A stretch of 64,000 nucleotides of DNA from an uncultured Chloroflexia bacterium (GCA_963765765.1 CAVXYC010000020.1:96001-160000); one strand, 5' to 3'. Numbered from the stretch's first letter, positions 40,196 to 51,608 are shown. Notes: generated from the sequence alone by a model not told the origin. Numbers and translations are program-made.

Positions 40196-41509
40196 ATGAC
40201 TCTGATGTTAGCCTCCCAGATCGTTCGCGGATGGCGGCGCCTTATACCGCTCATTGTGGCGATCAGCATCGCGGCGCTCGCGGCAACAGGCGCGATGCTG
40301 TCGCCCTCGCCCGTCCCCATCCTTCGCCCCTCGCAGGCAATCGCTGAGACCGCCGCGTTCTCGACGGAAAGCGCTTCGGCTCACCTGAGTGTGCTATCGG
40401 AAACCATTGGCTCCCGAGCGGCTGGAACGCAGGCGCACGAACAAGCCGTGGAGTACGTGGCTGACACGTGGCGCAGCCTGGGCTATGAGCCGGTCATAAT
40501 GCCGTTTCAATTCAACAGCTTCGAAGAGCGCGACGTCTCGCTCACCATCCCAGAGAGCGGGGACCGAATCACCGGCCGCTTTTTCAAGGGCGGTGTTGGC
40601 GGCGATATCCAGTCAGATGTCATCGACGCCGGTCTCGGTCGCCCTCAGGACATCGAACACATCTCACTACAGGGACGAATTGCCCTGGTCAAACGAGGCG
40701 AGATCCTTTTCAGCGACAAGCTCGCCAACGTCGCAGCGGCCGGTGCTCTGGGCGCCGTCATAGACAACAGTGAGCCGGGCGGTTTCGCGGGCGGTCTGAG
40801 TAGTCCCGTTTCTATACCCGCGATTGCCATCAGCCAGGAAGACGGTCGCAATCTTCGCCAGCAGTTGGCGTTTGGCCCATTCCAGGCGCGCCTGGTGGTG
40901 GATGGGAGCTCCGTGGAGATGACGGCGTCAAACGTCTCGGCCAGCAAGCCTGGAACCGCCGCCGGCATCGTGATCATTGGCGGCCACATTGATTCCGTCT
41001 CGGCCGGACCCGGGGCAAATGACAACGGCTCCGGCACGGCCGTCGTGACTGAGCTGGGACGATCCATACTGACCCACACCTATCCGTTCGAGATTAGACT
41101 GGCCGCCTTCGGTGCAGAAGAGATTGGACTTATAGGAAGCAAGCGTTATGTCGAGTCACTGCCCGAGTCCGAACGAGCTCGAGTGATCGGCATGATCAAC
41201 CTGGACATGGTCGGCGTTGGCAATCAGCTCAGAGTCGGTGGAACGCCGGAGCTTATCGCTCAGGCGATGTCGGCTGCCGCCATCGTTGGTGAATCGGCAG
41301 GCCGAATGAGCGCAGGTTTGGGCTCAGCGAGCGACCATGCCAGCTTCATTGACGCCGGCATGCCCGGGGTCTTCATCTACCGGTCAGAAGATCCGAACTA
41401 CCACACGGCCAACGACCGATTTGAATATGTCGATCCAACACATCTCGGCTCGACAGGGCGCATGGTACTAGCGCTACTTGACATTCTCGCGTCCGGTGTG
41501 ACCACGTGA
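40196..41509 (+). CDS. Exported M28 aminopeptidase with PA domain
   Basis: GGHIDS, GANDNGSG, GAEE, NLDM, SDH, YHT..D; N-terminal TM/signal. Confidence 0.92.
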   Translation: MTLMLASQIVRGWRRLIPLIVAISIAALAATGAMLSPSPVPILRPSQAIAETAAFSTESASAHLSVLSETIGSRAAGTQAHEQAVEYVADTWRSLGYEPVIMPFQFNSFEERDVSLTIPESGDRITGRFFKGGVGGDIQSDVIDAGLGRPQDIEHISLQGRIALVKRGEILFSDKLANVAAAGALGAVIDNSEPGGFAGGLSSPVSIPAIAISQEDGRNLRQQLAFGPFQARLVVDGSSVEMTASNVSASKPGTAAGIVIIGGHIDSVSAGPGANDNGSGTAVVTELGRSILTHTYPFEIRLAAFGAEEIGLIGSKRYVESLPESERARVIGMINLDMVGVGNQLRVGGTPELIAQAMSAAAIVGESAGRMSAGLGSASDHASFIDAGMPGVFIYRSEDPNYHTANDRFEYVDPTHLGSTGRMVLALLDILASGVTT

Positions 41510-41820
41510 GTCAGCATTCGGTAGGGCTTGCGCGGGTTCGCCTGTTAGTGAGCGGCTATGTGCAGGGTGTGATGTTCCGGCAGTCCGCGGTGAACGTCGC
41601 AGAAGAGCTCGGCGTATCAGGATGGGTGCGCAACCTCTCCGACCAGCGAGTTGAGCTGGTAATCGAGGGGCCGCCGGAGGACGTTGGCGAAATGGTAGAT
41701 TGGTGTCGCCACGGCCCACCGGCCGCCAGAGTTGAGGACGTTGAGCTTACAGCCGAGCTCCCTCGCGGTGAGCGTGGCCGATTCGAGATTCGACTGTCAG
41801 AGGGGTTTGGACCATGGTGA
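41506..41820 (+). CDS. acyP: Acylphosphatase
   Basis: VSG.VQGV.FR, GWVRN, GPP.ARV. Confidence 0.92.
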   Translation: MSQHSVGLARVRLLVSGYVQGVMFRQSAVNVAEELGVSGWVRNLSDQRVELVIEGPPEDVGEMVDWCRHGPPAARVEDVELTAELPRGERGRFEIRLSEGFGPW

Positions 41821-43424
41821 TGAGCGAGACGTTTCCGCTCCGCGCGCCGGCGCTTAGCGACAAGGGCATGGTCGTAGCGCCGCATTATCTTGCGTCGCTT
41901 GCCGGGGCTGACGTACTGCGCGGCGGTGGTAACGCGCTCGACGCCGCGATCGCGGCAAACGCGGTCATGACCGTGGTCTGGCCACACATGTGCAGCATGG
42001 GCGGAGACCTCTTTCTCCTGGTCAAGCGACCTGGTGAGGCACCGCAAGGTCTCTCAGGGTGCGGAGCAGCGGCAGTGAAGGCCAGCATTGGCACGTATCA
42101 AGAGCTCGGACTGACGACGATGCCGCGTACCGGCGCTCTCACCGTCACCGTCCCGGGCGCCGTCGATGGTTGGGTCAGCGGGTTGGAGCGGTGGGGGACG
42201 CGACCGCTTGACCAGCTTCTCCAGCCGGCTATTGGATTTGCGCGCGAGGGCTTTCCAGCGACCGCCCGTCTGGCTCGCTCAATTAAAGGCACCGCCGAGC
42301 TCGCTCGAAACGAGGCTGCCGCGGCGGTATTCCTTCCGGGTGGCAAGCCACCGACAACCGGCCAACGACTCGTCCAGAGCGACATGGCCTGGTCACTAAG
42401 TGAAGTGGCTCGACTCGGTCGAGCAGCGATGTACGGTGGTGAGCTCGGGCGTCGAGTCGTAGCGGGACTTCAGACACTCAAAAGCCCTATGGAGCTCGAG
42501 GACTTCGCTCGACACGAGTCACGCAGCATGTCCCCGATCTCGCGTGATTATCGAGGCACCGTGATTCACGAGCTTCCACCGCCCACTCAGGGACTCACCG
42601 TACTACAGGAGCTCGGGCTTGTTGAGTCAGAGGACATAGCGGCGCTTGGTCACAATTCGCTGGAATCGGTGGATGTCATGGTGCGAGCGCGAAATCTGGC
42701 CTTCGAGGATCGGGATCGTTACATTGCGGATCCCATCTTCGTTGACGTGCCCACCGATCGACTTCTAAGTAACGAGTACCTTACCGAGCGGCGAGCAAGC
42801 TTGGGCGCCTATGCATCCCCATTCGGATCGGTGCATCGCGGCGCGCTCGGCGACACGATCTACCTCTGCGCCGTCGACCGCGATGGCATGGCGGTTTCGC
42901 TCATCCAGAGCCTGTATTACGGCTTCGGCTCGCGAGTCATGGCTCCTGGCACTGGAATCATGCTGCACAATCGCGGCGCTTCGTTCACGCTGGATCCCGA
43001 GCACGTCAATCACCTGGTCGGTGGCAAACGTCCCATGCACACGCTCATACCGGCGCTAGCGACGCGCGATGGCGAGACGTCATTTGTGTTCGGCACGCGA
43101 GGAGCTGATGGTCAGCCGCAAACGCAATTCCAGCTCATCTCAAACCTCTTGGATCATGGGATGAACCCGCAGGAGGCGGTGGAAGCCCCACGCTGGTGCA
43201 TGGGCGGAACGACGCCGGAGACTCCAGCCGACATCTTCCATCTCGAGTCTCGGTTCAAAACCGAGGTTTTTGATGGACTGGAGCAGCGAGGCTACAAAGT
43301 CGCCCAGGTGGCGCCCGTGGACGACATGATGGGCACGGCGGCATGCATTGGCTTGGACCGAGAGCAAGGCTGCTTCATTGGCGGAGCCGACCCTCGAGGC
43401 GATGGTGCGGCAATCGGGTACTAG
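41814..43424 (+). CDS. ggt: Gamma-glutamyltransferase (YwrD-like)
   Basis: GGNA.DAAIA, VPG.V, ELPPP.QG, GDTIY (nucleophile Thr), SLIQS, KRP.HT, ADPR.DG. Confidence 0.92.
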   Translation: MVMSETFPLRAPALSDKGMVVAPHYLASLAGADVLRGGGNALDAAIAANAVMTVVWPHMCSMGGDLFLLVKRPGEAPQGLSGCGAAAVKASIGTYQELGLTTMPRTGALTVTVPGAVDGWVSGLERWGTRPLDQLLQPAIGFAREGFPATARLARSIKGTAELARNEAAAAVFLPGGKPPTTGQRLVQSDMAWSLSEVARLGRAAMYGGELGRRVVAGLQTLKSPMELEDFARHESRSMSPISRDYRGTVIHELPPPTQGLTVLQELGLVESEDIAALGHNSLESVDVMVRARNLAFEDRDRYIADPIFVDVPTDRLLSNEYLTERRASLGAYASPFGSVHRGALGDTIYLCAVDRDGMAVSLIQSLYYGFGSRVMAPGTGIMLHNRGASFTLDPEHVNHLVGGKRPMHTLIPALATRDGETSFVFGTRGADGQPQTQFQLISNLLDHGMNPQEAVEAPRWCMGGTTPETPADIFHLESRFKTEVFDGLEQRGYKVAQVAPVDDMMGTAACIGLDREQGCFIGGADPRGDGAAIGY

Positions 43425-43471
43425 ATCGCCATTGTAATGGGAAGCGTTCCGCGCGATACAGACGGTAAACG

Positions 43472-44254
43472 ATGACGACATTAGTCCCACTCAAGATTAT
43501 CCCCGGGGCGGAGCCTTTCTGGCTTCCCGCCTCTGGAGATGTCGGATGCTTGCTCATCCACGGATTCACGGGCGCCCCGGCAGAGCTGCGCGGGCTAGGA
43601 GAACAACTCCAGCAAGCGGGCATAAGCGCCCTTGGCGTCCGTCTTCCGGGTCACGGGACGTCACTCGCAGACCTGGTGTTGCATGGCCGACGAAGCTGGA
43701 TCAGCTGCGCTCGAGCCGGCCTCGATGAGCTGCTCCAACACTGCAGGTCCGTCGTAATTTGCGGAATATCCATGGGTGGCACTATCGCGCTCAATATTTC
43801 CGCGGGCCTGGCTGACGCTCGGGTGCGAGGACTTGTAGTGATGGGTGCGCCGGTGCGGCTGGTGGACTTGCACTATCCACCGGCGGAGCTATTGCTGATG
43901 CTCAATCGTTGGCGCGACTGGGGGTCGCCCGATATCAAGGACCGAACCAAATGGGCGTCTCACATCGGCTACCGTTTGGCGCCAGTTCCGACCACAATCC
44001 AGCTCATTCGATTGGTCCACGAGACTTGGGAGCTGCTGCCCGATGTGCGACTGCCGCTCCTAGCGATGCACAGTAGGCACGATCACACAGTAATGCCGAT
44101 CAATCTGAATTGGCTGCTGAACCGGGTGGGCTCGACTGAGCGAGAAATCTTGTGGCTGGATGAGAGCTATCACGTGATCACTGAAGACTTCGATGCGGAC
44201 CGGGTGGCCCAGCAAGTGATCTCGTTTACCAATCGAATGGCTCGCTCGCAATGA
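43472..44254 (+). CDS. Carboxylesterase (alpha/beta hydrolase)
   Basis: HGFTG, GISMGG, DHTV, SYHV. Confidence 0.88.
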   Translation: MTTLVPLKIIPGAEPFWLPASGDVGCLLIHGFTGAPAELRGLGEQLQQAGISALGVRLPGHGTSLADLVLHGRRSWISCARAGLDELLQHCRSVVICGISMGGTIALNISAGLADARVRGLVVMGAPVRLVDLHYPPAELLLMLNRWRDWGSPDIKDRTKWASHIGYRLAPVPTTIQLIRLVHETWELLPDVRLPLLAMHSRHDHTVMPINLNWLLNRVGSTEREILWLDESYHVITEDFDADRVAQQVISFTNRMARSQ

Positions 44255-45129
44255 TCTCACTCGGAAAGATGGTCACGTCGGCAGTGGGGGCGAGTACGCT
44301 AGCCGGTTTCGCCTACACCGCTATCCATGGCGCGACGCAGATCTCACGCCCGCGCCGCACACTACCAGAGTGGACTCCGAGCGAGATCGGTGTCCAATGG
44401 GAAGCTGTCTCGTTTCCAAGCTTAGATGGAACGCCGCTCAGTGCCTGGCTTATTCCAAATGAGTCCACTACCCGCGCGGTAATTTTGCTGCATGGATTCG
44501 GCGGGAATAAGGGCACAATGCTGGCCGTCGCGGAAATGTTAGCCGGCGATTTTAATGTTCTAGCAATGGATGTGCGTGGACATGGGGAAAGCGGTGGACT
44601 GTGGACCTCAGTGGGGCATTTCGAGCGCTACGACGCTGTGGCAGCGGCTCAGCATCTCGACCAACGAGGTTTCGGTCCCATCGGAGTACTGGGGATCTCC
44701 ATGGGTGGTGCGATTGCGTTGTTGGCCGCTGCTGAGAGCTCGCTAATTCAAGCTGTCATCGCGGATAGCTCCTTCGCGGTCCTTCGCCACGCGGTACTGG
44801 GCAAGGCTCGTTTACGCGGTTACCCGCCCGGCCTCGCTGAAATCTCCGCGCTTGCCGCTTGCCGAACAGTAGCGGCGCGTCTGGGTCACCCACCGACAGG
44901 CTCAGACCCAATTCTCGCGATTGGAAAGATCTCCCCTCGCCCCACCTTGCTCGTCCACTGCGCTTGCGACGTCATGATTCCACTGAGCGAGGCGCAGGCG
45001 CTCTTCGCCGCGTCAGGCGATCCCTGCGAGTTGTGGGTCATTCCGGACCTGGCTCACGCCGAATCCTCATCTGTGGCTGAAGAATATCGGGATCGCGCGA
45101 ACGAATTCTTTCTCAAAGCTTTGCGCTAA
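44251..45129 (+). CDS. Alpha/beta hydrolase
   Basis: LHGF, RGHGES, GISMGG, D.MIP, AH. Confidence 0.88.
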   Translation: MISLGKMVTSAVGASTLAGFAYTAIHGATQISRPRRTLPEWTPSEIGVQWEAVSFPSLDGTPLSAWLIPNESTTRAVILLHGFGGNKGTMLAVAEMLAGDFNVLAMDVRGHGESGGLWTSVGHFERYDAVAAAQHLDQRGFGPIGVLGISMGGAIALLAAAESSLIQAVIADSSFAVLRHAVLGKARLRGYPPGLAEISALAACRTVAARLGHPPTGSDPILAIGKISPRPTLLVHCACDVMIPLSEAQALFAASGDPCELWVIPDLAHAESSSVAEEYRDRANEFFLKALR

Positions 45130-45136
45130 CCCGCTC

Positions 45137-45592
45137 CTACGACCTGGCTGTGCGCCCTGAGGTCCAGTCAGCCAGTAAGCCGCCCAGTGATCCCGCGATG
45201 AGGTGGAGCAAGTCCGTCAAAATCATGGACGTGGAGTCCATAGGCCGCAGCACGTTGGGGCCGTATTTTGAGACCAGGTTCATTTCGACAAGCGCCGTGT
45301 AGCTGACGCCCACAAATATAAAGAGGGCTGCCACGGCAACACCTTGCATAAGTCCGGCTCTTCCCGCGATCTGCCCCGCTAGATAGGCCCCAGCAGCCAC
45401 GCAGAGGAACTGCATCGCGGGGCCGTAACCCGGGTTGTCCGCGGCACGAGACCAACCGCCGATGAAGCCAATGGCCAGCGCGAGGCCCGCGGCTAGCAAG
45501 AAGCCGAAAAACACGCCACGCCAGGAAATGATTCGCTCCTGGCGCTCCGTCACAGGCTTTGCAGGTGGCCGCGGGCCGTCATCAACACTCAT
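45137..45592 (-). CDS. Small 4-TM membrane protein
   Basis: Four Gly-rich hydrophobic helices. Confidence 0.65.
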   Translation of the reverse strand: MSVDDGPRPPAKPVTERQERIISWRGVFFGFLLAAGLALAIGFIGGWSRAADNPGYGPAMQFLCVAAGAYLAGQIAGRAGLMQGVAVAALFIFVGVSYTALVEMNLVSKYGPNVLRPMDSTSMILTDLLHLIAGSLGGLLADWTSGRTARS

Positions 45593-45761
45593 ACGTGGAT
45601 CGTATCATCCGCGACCACATGGTGGACGGTGCTGACTCAGGAGCGAGCCTAACCAGGCCGATTCTGAAGAGTCCAAGTATCATTCGGGCCCCACATGCGT
45701 CGGTATACTATCCCAGACGCTCACGGCCTCCGCGAATTGTCTCGCGGAAAGGAGACGAGTC

Positions 45762-46919
45762 TTGCGCATTGCTCAGGTTGCTCCCCCGCTCGAACAGGTG
45801 CCGCCCCCTAGATATGGCGGAACGGAGCGCGTCATCCACTCGCTCACCGAGGAGCTCGTCCGTCGTGGTCACGACGTGACCCTCTTCGCAAGTGGAGACT
45901 CCTCGACTTCCGCGCGGCTCGAGCCGGTTGTAGATCGAGCAATCTGGCATCACTCGCGCTTTCGGGATCACCTTCCATTCGTAATCTCGGAGCTTCAAAG
46001 CGTGCTCGATCGCTCTGAAGACTTCGACATTATTCACAGTCACCTGGATTACCTGGCGTACCCGTTTGCCCGCATGTCGTCCACCCCCTGGGTGCACACA
46101 CTGCATGGACGAATGGACTTGCCGGAGTATCAATGGGTCTATCGAAACTTCCCTGAAGCGAACTTGATCTCGATTAGCGAAAATCAGCGACGACCAGTCC
46201 CGTTTGCTAACTGGGTAGGAACCGTTTACAACGGGATTCCCGTGAGCGAATCCGTTTTTGAACCGCACAAAGGAGAGTATCTTGCCTTTGTCGGAAGGAT
46301 CGCGCCGGAGAAGAATCTGCATGTGGCGATTGAGGTGGCGATGATGTCCGAGATGCCGCTGAAGATCGCCGCGCGAATGCCCTTGCCCCAGTCAATGAAT
46401 CCAAACGATGGGGATGGGTGGACCTATTACGAGCAGAAGATCAAGCCAATGTTTGACGACCCACTGATCGAATACGTTGGCGAGCTGGACGAAAAAGAGA
46501 AACGGCTATTGCTTCGCCATGCTGCCGCGCTGATCAATCCCGTGAACTGGCCTGAGCCATTTGGATTAGTGATGGCTGAAGCAATGGCTTGCGGAACGCC
46601 GGTGATCGCAAAACGCGCCGGCTCGGTGCCTGAGGTCGTCGATGATGGACGCACAGGCTTCATCTGTGACTCAGCACTGGAGATGGCATTAGCATGCGAA
46701 CGTCTTTCGGAGATTGATCGTGCGGAGTGCCGACGCACCGCCGAAGTACGCTTTTCGCAGAGTGTCATGGCGGAGCAGTACGAGCGGGTCTATGAAACGG
46801 TCCTTGAACGTCAGGTCAGTCAGCGCGCGCTTACGATCCTGCGTGACGCGGGACTCGATGACGACGCCCCCATCAATCCCGGCGAAGAAGACTCCGCCTC
46901 TCGCATTACCCGCAATTGA
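45762..46919 (+). CDS. GT4 glycosyltransferase
   Basis: MRIAQVAP, VPP..YGGTER, GRI.PEK, W.EPFGLVM.EAMACGTPV; AAGGAG + TTG. Confidence 0.93.
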   Translation: MRIAQVAPPLEQVPPPRYGGTERVIHSLTEELVRRGHDVTLFASGDSSTSARLEPVVDRAIWHHSRFRDHLPFVISELQSVLDRSEDFDIIHSHLDYLAYPFARMSSTPWVHTLHGRMDLPEYQWVYRNFPEANLISISENQRRPVPFANWVGTVYNGIPVSESVFEPHKGEYLAFVGRIAPEKNLHVAIEVAMMSEMPLKIAARMPLPQSMNPNDGDGWTYYEQKIKPMFDDPLIEYVGELDEKEKRLLLRHAAALINPVNWPEPFGLVMAEAMACGTPVIAKRAGSVPEVVDDGRTGFICDSALEMALACERLSEIDRAECRRTAEVRFSQSVMAEQYERVYETVLERQVSQRALTILRDAGLDDDAPINPGEEDSASRITRN

Positions 46920-47082
46920 AGGTCTCATCAGGAGTGAGAGACGTCGATTTCGATAGTATGACCGCAGTGGCTCAGAGGTGGCGCGTAAGGCGCGCTGTGA
47001 TCATGTGCCTTAAGACCCATACGGTCAATTCCCATCAGATTCTCAGTAAACGGGGACGCCCGTCACGCGGGAGATGCACGCG

Positions 47083-47874
47083 GTGAACATCATTGTGACG
47101 ATTAAACAGGTCCCGGATCCGGACATTCCGCCGACGCATTTCAAGGTTGACGAGGCGGCCAACAAGGTCATTCCTCCATCCGGAGTGAATCCGGTCATGA
47201 ACGGGTATGACGCAAACGCATTAGAAGCCGCCCTTCGTTTGAAAGAAGCGAACGGTGGAACGGTGACGGTGCTCACGCTCGGACCCGCAGAGGCCAAGGA
47301 TACGTTGAAGCGCGCTATCGCTATGGGCGCGGATCGAGCGTTCCACATCGACGATCCCGTACTTCTCGAAGGTGATGCGTTTGTCACGGCCACCGCGTTG
47401 GCGAAGGGCATCGAGAAGATCGGTGAATACGATCTCATCCTGAGCGGACGTCAAGCCAGCGATACGGACGGAGGTCAAGTGGCCCTTGGCATTGCCGAGT
47501 TGCTGGACCTGCCTTCGGCGGCGCCCATTCAGGCAATTGAACCGACCGACGGTGGAATACGTGTCCAGCGAATCCTGGAAGACGGATACCAGGTGCAAGA
47601 CCTGCCACTTCCGGCCCTTGCCGCCGTTTCGAGCGAAATTGGCGAGCCTCGCTACCCACCGTTACGTGGCATCATGGCCGCGGGCAAGGCGCAGATCCCC
47701 GTGTGGACGGCCGAAGACATCGGCATCAGCGACGCGGCAAGCTTGCAGAAGCGCTCACTCCGACGACTGTTTGTGGAGACGCGTGAAGCGCACTGTGAAT
47801 TGATCGAGGCTGATTCACCCGAAGAGGCCGGAGCAAAGCTGGCAGATCGCCTCCGAGAAGCGAAGCTGATCTAG
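47083..47874 (+). CDS. etfB: Electron transfer flavoprotein beta subunit
   Basis: IKQVPD, N.YD.NALE.A, G.Q..D, EPRY. Confidence 0.92.
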   Translation: MNIIVTIKQVPDPDIPPTHFKVDEAANKVIPPSGVNPVMNGYDANALEAALRLKEANGGTVTVLTLGPAEAKDTLKRAIAMGADRAFHIDDPVLLEGDAFVTATALAKGIEKIGEYDLILSGRQASDTDGGQVALGIAELLDLPSAAPIQAIEPTDGGIRVQRILEDGYQVQDLPLPALAAVSSEIGEPRYPPLRGIMAAGKAQIPVWTAEDIGISDAASLQKRSLRRLFVETREAHCELIEADSPEEAGAKLADRLREAKLI

Positions 47875-47940
47875 TTGTCCCAGACACACTGAGTAAGTCA
47901 CGCATGTTTGACTTCTCGGCGGCTTCAGGAGAAATAAAGA

Positions 47941-48946
47941 ATGGCAGATGAACAGGGAGTGCTAATTGTTGCCGAGCTCAACGTCGACGGCCTCGCAGGC
48001 GTGTCCGCGGAGCTCGCCGGGATTGGCAGGAAAATCGCTGACGAGCTAGGCGAGCCGCTCGTAGCTCTAGTAATTGGACACAACGTGTCTGCACCCGCCT
48101 CGCAGCTCGGCGAGCTTGGAGCGGACCGAGTTCTCGTTGCCGACGATGCTCGGCTTGCCGGCTACCGAGCCGGACCTCATCCGGTCCGTTGTGATTTCTG
48201 CAATAGAGAGCGCGAATCCATCCACGATACTGCTGGCGCAGACCGCGAACGGACGTGACCTGGCGGCCCGACTGGCGTTCCGCCTGCAAACTGGCCTGGT
48301 GACAGACTGCACCGATCTGCGCGTTGATTCAGACACACACGCGCTGGTCATGACCAAGCCGGTGTTCGGTGGCTCCGCGCTGGCGGAGTACAGCGTTCCG
48401 GAAGCGAGACCACAGATCGCCACCGTGCGGCCACGTGTATTTGCGCCCGCCGACGCCCAGGCTGGCCGTGCCGCTGAGATCGAGACGCTGCAAGTGGATC
48501 TAGACAGCGTCCCGGGACGCCTCACGCTGGGCGAGACGGTTCAGGCCGAAACCGCGGAAGGCCCCAGGTTAAAAGATGCCAAAACCGTGGTCTCCGGGGG
48601 GCGAGGTCTTGGAGGTGCGGAGAACTGGCCCAAGATCGAAGAGATCGCCGGCATCCTGGGTGCCGCGGTGGGTGCGAGTCGCGCCGTGACAGATGCAGGC
48701 TGGGTAGCGCCCTCCCACCAGGTAGGACTGACAGGTCAAACCATTGCACCGGACCTCTATATCACCGTGGGTGTCTCGGGCGCGGTCCAGCACATTGCTG
48801 GCTGCTCCGGCTCGCGGAACATCGTCGCCATCAACAAAGACCCTGACGCCAACATCTTCAAGGTTGCCCGCTACGGTGTGGTAGGTGACTACAAAGCGGT
48901 GCTGCCGGCGTTTACCAAGCGCGTCCGCGAGCTGATGGGCGGCTAA
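47941..48946 (+). CDS. etfA: Electron transfer flavoprotein alpha subunit (frameshift ~48170)
   Basis: [39 protein letters not shown]. Confidence 0.92.
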
Positions 48947-48964
48947 CACTCGCTCGTAGTGTTA

Positions 48965-49369
48965 CTAGCCTCCCCACACCGCTAACCCCGCTTGCGCAAT
49001 TTCCTCGTCTTCAGGGCCGCTGCGACCACCACTCACTCCTATGGCGCCGACTAGCTCGCCATTCTCGCGAATGGGCAGCCCCCCTTGAGCAAAGATGAGC
49101 TCGCCATTCTGGCGAATCATCTGCGCCTGAAATACCGGGCGCGCCGCTCGCTCGGCTAAAACCGTCGTAGATTCGTCCGCGGCGACCGAAGCAAATGCTT
49201 TGCCCCGGCCAACCTGTACCGTGGTCCAGCGCGCACCGTCCATACGATGCATGGCAATCAAATCACCGCGGGGATCCACGACTGCGATCGTCACCTTGCG
49301 ATCCATCTCGGCTGCCTTCGCCTCCGCGGCGGTTATCATCTGGACTGCGCGTTCTAGCGTGAATGCCAT
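48965..49369 (-). CDS. GlcG/HbpS-family heme-binding protein
   Basis: IAVVD..G, RMDGA, KA, GGLP, GAIGVSG..EDE. Confidence 0.88.
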   Translation of the reverse strand: MAFTLERAVQMITAAEAKAAEMDRKVTIAVVDPRGDLIAMHRMDGARWTTVQVGRGKAFASVAADESTTVLAERAARPVFQAQMIRQNGELIFAQGGLPIRENGELVGAIGVSGGRSGPEDEEIAQAGLAVWGG

Positions 49370-49608
49370 AAGGTTGCTCCTCTCAGGGGATGGGAGTGGC
49401 TTGCCAATCGCCAAAAGCGTGTTCATTCGTCACTCTCCATATGCTTGTCGGAACGCCGAGTCTAGCATTGATGGGTCCATGAATCAAGACGGTGCCAGCA
49501 GTCATAAGTGTCAGACCGAATTGCGGGCAAGATCGCCAATGGTAGAAACGGGCTCCGCAGCTATACTCATTTCAGACGCCCGTGGGCTCGTCTCATTAGG
49601 AGAAGCGC

Positions 49609-50836
49609 ATGCTGACCAAAGAAGCGAACAAGCGACTCACCCAGGTTGGGCCAGGAACGCCTGGCGGCAACCTCCTCCGACGCTACTGGTATCCCGTGGC
49701 GACGAGCTCCCAGCTCGCTGACGAGCCCGTGCTGGCAGTGAAGCTCCTAGGGGAGAACCTGGCGCTCTATCGATCTCCCAATGGCGACCTCGGACTCATG
49801 GCCGAGCGTTGTCCACATCGCGGCGCGTCGATGGTCTACGGCATCCCAGAGGACGGTGGCTTACGCTGCCCGTATCACGGCTGGAAATTCTCGGAGGACG
49901 GCCAGGTGCCTGGAGCAACCGGCCGAGCCGGCCGAGAGCACCTTCAAGCACCGCGTGCGCATCCCAGCATATCCAGTTCAGGAGATGGGCGGGCTGATTT
50001 GGGCGTACCTTGGCCCGGCTCCGGCTCCGCTGCTCCCACGCTGGGACATTTTCGTGCGAGAAGATTGGGATCGCGAGATCGGTCTTACGTACCAGCCGTG
50101 CAATTGGGTGCAAATGATGGAGAACTCGATGGACCCCGTTCATCTCGAGTTCCTCCACACGGCGTACATGAACTACGTCATGGGCCGAGAGGGTCGACCG
50201 CCCGTCTCGAAGCCGCGTCATCATCTAAACATCGCCTTTGACGTGTTCGAGTATGGCATTTCCAAGAAGCGCTTCCTGGACGGCGACACGGGCGACGAGG
50301 ACCACTGGAAGGTCGGTCACCCGATCGTGTTCCCGAACATCCTGGCCATCGGCGACGACTCATGCCCACGGTTCGAGATCCGAGTTCCGCTGGATGACGA
50401 GTCCACCATGCACTACTCCTACTATTGCATCCCTCGAGCACCCGGTGAACCGGCTCGTGAGGACATTCCCGTGTACGAGATTCCCTATCTGAAAGAAGAC
50501 GGGAAGCTGGTCAACGACAACGTGCTCGGTCAGGACATGCTTTCCTGGATGACCCAGGGCGTGATCTCAGATCGCACCACAGAACGGCTGGGCTGGTCAG
50601 ACAAGGGCGTGATTCTCTTCAGAAGCATCATGTTTGAGCAGATGGAGAAGGTCGCCCGAGGCGAAGACCCGCTCGGTATCGTGCGTGATCCGGAGAAGAA
50701 CCAGATGCTCGTCGTTCCCCGTGAGCACAAAGCGTTCTACACGCCAACTGGGGATATGGTCATCGAGCATCAGACCAACGATCCGCTGGACGTCGTACGC
50801 TCCAAAGCCATATTCGGTCACGCCCCCAAGAGCTAA
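49609..50836 (+). CDS. Rieske non-heme iron oxygenase alpha subunit (phthalate dioxygenase/LigXa-like; frameshift ~49905)
   Basis: VGPGTP.G..LRRYW, CPHR...CPYHGW, EN..DPVH...LH, QD, E.LG.SD. Confidence 0.9.
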
Positions 50837-50982
50837 CCGCCGAACAACAGGGCCGCATCCCGTGAGGGTGCGGCTCCATTCGCGATATCGCTAACCACCG
50901 TGCGTGCGCGAGGAATCGCTTCTCATGTACGCGGCTCTGAGGCTGGTTAGCATCTGCTATATTTGAGTGCTACCTGGTAGCT

Positions 50983-51072
50983 GGAGGGGTCGCATAGCCC
51001 GGTCTAGTGCGCCCGTCTCGAAAACGGGTAGGGTGCAAGCCCTCGTGGGTTCGAATCCCACCCCCTCCGCCA
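50983..51072 (+). tRNA. tRNA-Ser(CGA)
   Basis: GGAGGGG/CCCCTCC-GCCA acceptor; CCCGT-CT-CGA-AA-ACGGG; long variable arm; GTTCGAATC. Confidence 0.96.
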
Positions 51073-51145
51073 GCACTAACTGAGATCACCTGGTCAACCG
51101 CTCCAACCTGCATACGCGGTCGGCGACACAACTGAATACTTCCCT

Positions 51146-51237
51146 GGAGAGGTCGCATAGCCTGGCCTAGTGCGCGCGCCTGGAAAGCGCGTGAACCTTA
51201 ATTGGTTCCGTGGGTTCGAATCCCACCCTCTCCGCCA
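51146..51237 (+). tRNA. tRNA-Ser(GGA)
   Basis: GGAGAGG/CCTCTCC-GCCA; CGCGC-CT-GGA-AA-GCGCG; long variable arm. Confidence 0.96.
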
Positions 51238-51330
51238 TAGACGATCGAGCCACTGTCAGCCGGGATATTAGCGGGCCGCCGCCTCGATGATTTCCGTCCT
51301 CGCACTCCTGTGATCGGATATAATTTAGGT

Positions 51331-51608
51331 CCGTGGCTGTGCTAGACGGGGAGCTAGCGGTGCCCTGAACCCGCAACCCGCTGTAGCGGGGTTGAATCCC
51401 CACCCGAGGTCCAGCGCTGCTTGGTCAGGTCCGTACCGGGCTGCGATGATGGTCTGGTCCTGCGCGGCAGCGACTTGTGAACCCCGCCAGATCCGGAAGG
51501 AAGCAACGGTAAACGATTCTCGCTGGGTGCCGCAGGGTCACCGGGCCGTAGCACGCCAGTGCGGGGCCGCAAGGAGCGATGAGATCGACGGTGGGTGCAC
51601 GGTCACGG
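51331..51608 (+). ncRNA. ffs: Large (Bacillus-type, Alu-containing) SRP RNA
   Basis: GTGCTAGACGGGGAG.TAGCGGTGCCCTG Alu domain; CAG.TCCGGAAGGAAGCA helix 8; closing GTGCACGG; TATAAT at 51319-51324. Confidence 0.93.
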
